From the NCBI RefSeq assembly GCF_003231495.1, contig NZ_PQWO01000003.1, forward strand, positions 1-32,000: DNA of 32,000 bases. Direction: 5' to 3'. Within the stretch, counting starts at the first letter, position 1, and each line of letters opens with the position of its first letter. Positions 19,055 to 23,498 of this stretch are shown piece after piece. The stretch is from Acaryochloris thomasi RCC1774 (lineage in GTDB: Bacteria; Cyanobacteriota; Cyanobacteriia; Thermosynechococcales; Thermosynechococcaceae). The position numbers and the translations under genes were made by a program. A model generated the notes under the pieces. The model was not told the origin of the DNA and did no database searches. It worked only from the letters and a program-made list of their open reading frames with translations.

Positions 19055-19909
19055 CTACGCGGTTGTTTGCTCAGATCGACAGTGACCTTCACCTACGTGT
19101 CCGAGTCCGGCCAGAGCCGCGTCTAGCGCTTGAAAATCCTTCGAGTCTAGCTTTTGTTCGAGGGTGGCCCAATCCGCCTTTAGTGATGATCCATCTGCCA
19201 ATGCAGCCAGAGGAGCAAAGCCCAACGCCTTCACGTTCATCTCATCATCGGCGGGCAGTTCACCATCACCGAATACGTGGTCAAAATGGAAGGTGGCCTC
19301 TAGATCAGCGGCCCCACTGGGTTCAACGACGCCCTTGCGCTCATCGCCCACAAACTCTCCGCAGGTGTAGGCAAACTCGCGGTCAACGTTAAGCGTGAAA
19401 TCAACAGTTTTCCCGTCTTTACTGGCCTGACCCGCCAGCACTAAAGTCTGTCCCGCTGCGGGGCCATCTGTGGCCTTAGCCATCTTCCAGGCGAGAGCAT
19501 TGTACTGACCTGCTGGTGCTTCTGTTTCACCGACGGTAATCGGAGAGGCGCTTTCATCACCTTCAGCTAAGTCAACCATCTGCGCCGGAATCGTTACCTC
19601 AGATTTTGCCTGCAAGGGGTCTTCAGCGTCGGGGTCGAAGGGCGGATCAGTTTGATAAGCCGTTACGTCTTCTAAATTCACATAGACGTGATCAAAGCTG
19701 ATTTCCCAGCCGTCTTTTGAGGTAAACCCTTGGCGCACAAAGTCTTCACCATTGGCTGCAACCTGGAGCGTCCCAGCCCCTGCCTCGGCCTGCGCCCCCG
19801 AATCAGCAGGGCTTGAACTTTGAGACTCGTTTGATGACTGACAGCTCATCAGTAAGCCAGAGCATAGAGCAGTCGTTAAGATCAGCGATCGCGTAGACAT
19901 TAATTTCAT
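19055..19909 (-). CDS. lipoprotein of unknown function, first gene of the Ni/Co ECF operon
   Basis: 284 aa. Signal peptide with lipobox LLMSC, then a Ser/Ala/Gln linker. Acidic beta-rich body, with C-terminal GLGHVGEGHC. It ends 3 nt before the next gene. Confidence 0.6.
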   Translation of the reverse strand: MKLMSTRSLILTTALCSGLLMSCQSSNESQSSSPADSGAQAEAGAGTLQVAANGEDFVRQGFTSKDGWEISFDHVYVNLEDVTAYQTDPPFDPDAEDPLQAKSEVTIPAQMVDLAEGDESASPITVGETEAPAGQYNALAWKMAKATDGPAAGQTLVLAGQASKDGKTVDFTLNVDREFAYTCGEFVGDERKGVVEPSGAADLEATFHFDHVFGDGELPADDEMNVKALGFAPLAALADGSSLKADWATLEQKLDSKDFQALDAALAGLGHVGEGHCRSEQTTA

Positions 19910-20276
19910 TGAGTGACTTCAATCCATCAAACTTATAAGAGCGAATCGGGTTTTAAAACATCCATCAAAAGTTAGAACAAGCAAGGTCTAAGTTGAGGCT
20001 AGAGACAACGCTTGTGCAGCCAGACTTAACATCTACAGTTTGAAAATGTCAGAACTCTAAAAAAATGGTTGCTAAAAATTTTTATCAAACTCGGCCTGTA
20101 TTTATACTCATGAGCCGAGGTGTATCACAATGTAGCATTAGATTTTAGTGAGCGTAATGCATGGGGGGGGTATCCAGATAGAAAATTAGGGGAAGAAAGC
20201 CGTTGTTTACGATCGCTTGACAGCACTTCACAGGGTTGCTAGATAATTGCGGTTAGTTTTGTCGGGGAACTCAAGC

Positions 20277-21194
20277 ATGAGAATCAAATATTGGATAGCC
20301 ATGCTGTTGACTGTGATGGCAGTGCTGGCGCCCCGCCCAGTCTTGGCCCATCCGGGACATATTCCTGACCTTGATGCTTTGCTGTCTCAGAATCTAACGC
20401 CAACCCTCGTGCTGACCAGTATTGGGCTAGCGGCTCTCTTCGGCGCGGGACATGCTTTTTCGCCAGGGCACGGCAAGACAATGGTGGCGGCTTACCTGGT
20501 GGGTTCTCACAGCACACCGAAGCACGCCTTGCTGCTGGGTCTAATCACGACACTAACCCATACGCTGAGTGTGTTTGCGTTAGGTTTGGTCGCGCTCCTG
20601 CTCTCGCACTACGTTTTGCCAGAACAGCTTTATCCATTCCTGAGCTTGGGCAGCGGCTTAATGGTCACAGGCTTTGGGGTTTGGTTATTTGTTCGGGCCA
20701 GGAAGATGCGATGGTCTCCAACCGGCCTTCAAACATCGCACCCTACACCCCATCCGACATTACATACCCACGCAGGCCACAGTCACGGCCACAGTCACGG
20801 CCACAGTCATCACGATGATCACGTCCATTCTCATACTGCTTCAGAACACCACACGCACCATCATCATCTACCGCCCAAAATCACCTGGAGATCTCTGATG
20901 GTCCTCGGCGTTGCTGGGGGAATGATTCCCTGCCCTTCGGCTTTGATTTTGCTGCTGTCTGCAATCGCGCTGCAGCAGACAGCTTTGGGCTTACTACTGG
21001 TGAGTAGCTTTAGCATTGGGTTGGCGATCGTGCTTACGTCTTTGGGGTTAGCAGCGGTTTATGCACGGCGCTGGTTTGAGCAACTGCCGTCCGTTTTCCA
21101 GCCCTTACGTCATCGTTTACCGATCTTAAGTGCATTTATCACGCTATGGGTAGGGCTATTACTCAGTGCTAATGCACTGCTAGCATGGCTTTAA
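20277..21194 (+). CDS. NicO/RcnA-family nickel/cobalt transporter with His-rich loop
   Basis: I place the start at ATG 20277 (MRIKYW...) rather than the alternative start 20247 given by the ORF track. Family motif GHAFSPGHGKTMVAAYL. Central loop HTHAGHSHGHSHGHSHHDDHVHSHTASEHHTHHHH. About 6 TM segments. Confidence 0.8.
   Translation: MRIKYWIAMLLTVMAVLAPRPVLAHPGHIPDLDALLSQNLTPTLVLTSIGLAALFGAGHAFSPGHGKTMVAAYLVGSHSTPKHALLLGLITTLTHTLSVFALGLVALLLSHYVLPEQLYPFLSLGSGLMVTGFGVWLFVRARKMRWSPTGLQTSHPTPHPTLHTHAGHSHGHSHGHSHHDDHVHSHTASEHHTHHHHLPPKITWRSLMVLGVAGGMIPCPSALILLLSAIALQQTALGLLLVSSFSIGLAIVLTSLGLAAVYARRWFEQLPSVFQPLRHRLPILSAFITLWVGLLLSANALLAWL
20705..20740 (+). repeat. 36-nt dispersed hairpin repeat, copy inside the RcnA-like gene
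   Basis: gatgcgatggtctccaaccggccttcaaacatcgca matches 26410-26445 at 32 of 36 positions, including perfect runs of 15 and 10 nt. It is read in frame as MRWSPTGLQTSH in the loop region. Confidence 0.8.
20775..20810 (+). repeat. three tandem copies of a 12-nt unit (ggccacagtcac) encoding (GHSH)3
   Basis: Copies lie at 20775-20786, 20787-20798 and 20799-20810. The last copy ends in t instead of c. The repeat sits within the His-rich loop of the RcnA-like gene. Confidence 0.9.
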
Positions 21195-21305
21195 TGTGCA
21201 AAAGGTTCTGAACAATTTCAGCTTTCCTTTATGTCAGCATCAAAAAAGCAAGCTACCATGAGAGATGGTTAAGCCCCTAGGGGGTATGTCCCCAGGAGCA
21301 TTGCA

Positions 21306-21328
21306 GGATAACGGTTTAATAGTTATCC
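21306..21328. promoter_or_regulatory. palindrome GGATAAC-N9-GTTATCC between the RcnA-like and chelatase-like genes
   Basis: A 7-bp perfect inverted repeat (21306-21312 and 21322-21328). It could be an operator or a stem-loop. No functional evidence. Confidence 0.25.
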
Positions 21329-21429
21329 CTCAACTTCTTGGTTAGGCCTGCTTGATATTGCGATTCAACCTTGCGCCAATATCTAAGCAACACCATCCTT
21401 CTGTTCTATTCGCAATTGAGGTATACAGC

Positions 21430-22623
21430 GTGGTCGCAATCTCTGAAACTCGTCAACAGCAAGAACACCAACATTCCTCCACATCAGATCGTGTTGCTGT
21501 TTTACTGATGGGCTACGGCGAGGTCGAGCGATACGAAGACTTTGCAAATTACAACGAGCAAGCGCTGAACCTGTTGACTGCGAAGTTTGCGCCGGTCCCA
21601 CTCTGGCTCTATCCACCTTTGGCTAAATTGCTTGCTGTTTTTGACCTGCATGAATGGAGCCACCAACACGATAAGTTTATTTCGCCTCACAACGCCATCT
21701 TTGAAAGCCAGCGAGCCGGAATTGAGCAGCACCTCCAGGAAAAGTGGGGTGAAGACGTTCAGGTATTTAAGGCATTCAACTTCTGTGCCCCCCACCTCCC
21801 GGAGCAAGTTTTAGCCGAGATTAAAGAACAGGGCTTCACAAAGGTCTTAATCTATCCGCTCCTCGTTGTCGATTCAATCTTCACCAGCGGCATTGCGGTG
21901 GAGCAAGTTAACAATGCACTGGCCCAGATGAAGGATCAGGATTCGCACTGGGTGCGGGGAATCCGCTACATTCCTTCGTTCTACAACGAAGATGCCTACA
22001 TTAATTTGCTCGTGCAGATGGTGGAAGAGAAGGTGGAGCAAGAACTTGCGGCCTCTCATTTGCCATCTCAAACCGGGATCATTTTGATGAATCACGGTTG
22101 CCCTCACGAGGCAAAGGGGTTCACGTCAGGCATTGATGAAAGTCAGGCACTGTATGAACTGGTTCGAGAGCGCTTAATCAACCGATTCCCACTGATCTCG
22201 GTGGGCTGGCTCAATCACCAAACCCCATTAATTAAGTGGACGCAGCCTAATGCTGACCTAGCGGCAAGAAACCTGATTGATCTCGGGGCCACAGCGCTAG
22301 TGATGATGCCAATTGGCTTTGCAACAGAGAACCACGAGACGCTTCTGGATGTAGAACATATCATCGGCAGCATCAGGAAGAAGCACCCAGAGGTGACTTA
22401 TATTCAGATGCCCTGCGTCAACGACCATCCTACCTTTACAGAGATGTGTGCGGATTGGGCACATGATCATATTGCTAGCCTCCGGGATGCAGAGCCTTTG
22501 GCGGTGAATCCCCAGTTGGCGGTTGAGAAAGCGGCGAAGGTTCTTAGCCATAGCCACGACCATGATGGACATAGCCATGACGGGCACCATAGCCACGATC
22601 ATGACGGGCACCATCATCACTAA
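21430..22623 (+). CDS. ferrochelatase-fold (class II chelatase) protein with C-terminal His-rich tail
   Basis: The ORF is open from 21352 (TTG). I prefer GTG 21430, which has gagg 9 nt upstream, but the start is uncertain. Collinear with ferrochelatase motifs: VAVLLMGYG, LIYPLLVVDSIFTSG, IILMNHGCPHE, GWLNHQTPLIKWTQP, MPIGFATENHETLLD. Tail HSHDHDGHSHDGHHSHDHDGHHHH. Confidence 0.7.
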   Translation: MVAISETRQQQEHQHSSTSDRVAVLLMGYGEVERYEDFANYNEQALNLLTAKFAPVPLWLYPPLAKLLAVFDLHEWSHQHDKFISPHNAIFESQRAGIEQHLQEKWGEDVQVFKAFNFCAPHLPEQVLAEIKEQGFTKVLIYPLLVVDSIFTSGIAVEQVNNALAQMKDQDSHWVRGIRYIPSFYNEDAYINLLVQMVEEKVEQELAASHLPSQTGIILMNHGCPHEAKGFTSGIDESQALYELVRERLINRFPLISVGWLNHQTPLIKWTQPNADLAARNLIDLGATALVMMPIGFATENHETLLDVEHIIGSIRKKHPEVTYIQMPCVNDHPTFTEMCADWAHDHIASLRDAEPLAVNPQLAVEKAAKVLSHSHDHDGHSHDGHHSHDHDGHHHH

Positions 22624-22666
22624 CTTTTAGTCCGATGAGTTAGTGGCAACACACGTCAATTTTAGG

Positions 22667-22691
22667 GCGATGCACCATTGAACAGCATCGC
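22667..22691 (+). terminator. possible weak stem-loop downstream of the chelatase-like gene
   Basis: gcgatgc (22667-22673) pairs with gcatcgc (22685-22691) across an 11-nt loop. It lies 44 nt after the stop and lacks a clear U-tract. Confidence 0.3.
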
Positions 22692-22820
22692 TCTAGAGTT
22701 TCCAGCACTCATGGGAATGATCCACTCCAACGGCTAAAGTACGTGAGTGTTAGGTGATTTTGATGTGCTCACGCACCCTCCCTAATACCCGCAATACAAT
22801 AAGCGGAGGAGGCATACAAC

Positions 22821-23103
22821 ATGACAATCCAAGAACTATTGAGTGCAGCCCAGCAGCTTAGCTGGACTTGCTCAGCCAAGCTAAGCTGCTGGGCTGATGC
22901 AAACTGCTGCTCAACAACTTCAAGTATCGTCTGATACCGCATCTATCCATCCCAAACAAGTGGAAGATCCTCTGATCGGATTATTCGACGGCTCGCCAGA
23001 GTTAGCAACGCGCTCTGAAGAAATGCTGGCGCAAAATGTAAGGCCTGCTTCTGGTTTTACACGGAAAGCGTCATTGCAGATAGCGGCTTTATTGTTGCCT
23101 TAG
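22821..23103 (+). pseudogene. type II antitoxin remnant (N- and C-terminal halves in different frames)
   Basis: Strong SD ggaggagg (22805-22812) lies 8 nt before ATG 22821. Frame 0 gives the antitoxin-like MTIQELLSAAQQLS but stops at 22932-22934 after 37 codons. The ORF at 22897-23103 (frame +1) carries the antitoxin-like DPLIGLFDGSPELATRSEEMLAQ. An 18-bp perfect inverted repeat sits at the junction. Confidence 0.5.
22846..22896. repeat. 18-bp perfect inverted repeat with 15-nt spacer inside the antitoxin remnant
   Basis: cagcccagcagcttagct (22846-22863) is the exact reverse complement of agctaagctgctgggctg (22879-22896). GG/CC in the spacer extends the stem. Confidence 0.9.
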
Positions 23104-23111
23104 CGAACCGA

Positions 23112-23474
23112 TTGGATCAGCGGCACGTTGAAGTTTGCCCCGTTTATCTGCAGTACCCATGGATTTTTCTACCTCAATTAGTTTTGGTCGAAGTTGTTTA
23201 CCTTATTGGTCGTGACGTAGGGATTCCGACCGTGGTTAAATTCTTGAGAGGCATCTCTGCTAGTCGGTTTGAATTGATAGAAGCGACGGCAAAGAATATC
23301 AACCGGGCAGCCGACATCCTAGAGCAATACGCCGATAGCAAGGTAGATTTTGTGGATGCCAGCGTGATGGCAATCGCAGAGCGCCTCAACATCACCACTG
23401 TTTTGACGATCGACCGTCAAGATTTTAGCCTCTTTAGACCTCTGCACTGCCAGAATTTTGTAGTGCGACCTTGA
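23112..23474 (+). CDS. PIN-domain (VapC-like) toxin, probably inactivated by loss of its start codon
   Basis: The ORF track starts at TTG 23112, but the frame is open from 23019. It encodes ...SVIADSGFIVALANRLDQRH upstream, including the first conserved PIN Asp (23079-23081). There is no ATG, GTG or TTG before that Asp. The remaining PIN acidic residues are present (LVEV, DFVDAS, TIDRQDF). Confidence 0.65.
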   Translation: MDQRHVEVCPVYLQYPWIFLPQLVLVEVVYLIGRDVGIPTVVKFLRGISASRFELIEATAKNINRAADILEQYADSKVDFVDASVMAIAERLNITTVLTIDRQDFSLFRPLHCQNFVVRP

Positions 23475-23498
23475 ACAACGTGAGTTCGACGGATACCC

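Noticed and set aside
19910-20100. A possible cobalamin riboswitch in the leader of the cbiM-containing operon.
   Set aside because: The leader is AT-rich. I could not find a B12-box-like GCCACTG core or the GC-rich helices expected. An Rfam scan is needed for a definitive answer.
20247-20276. A ten-codon upstream extension of the RcnA-like gene from an alternative start.
   Set aside because: ATG 20277 directly precedes a typical signal/TM segment (MRIKYWIAMLLTVMAVLA). The extension adds nothing recognisable.
22821-22934. A 37-aa ORF (MTIQELLSAAQQLSWTCSAKLSCWADANCCSTTSSIV) is rich in Cys, Ser and Thr and superficially resembles a lanthipeptide precursor.
   Set aside because: No LanM/LanB/LanC or transporter genes are nearby. 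The N-terminus matches antitoxin-type starts, and a PIN toxin follows. The Cys/Ser-rich part is simply the translation of the 18-bp inverted repeat. A frame-disrupted antitoxin is the simpler explanation.
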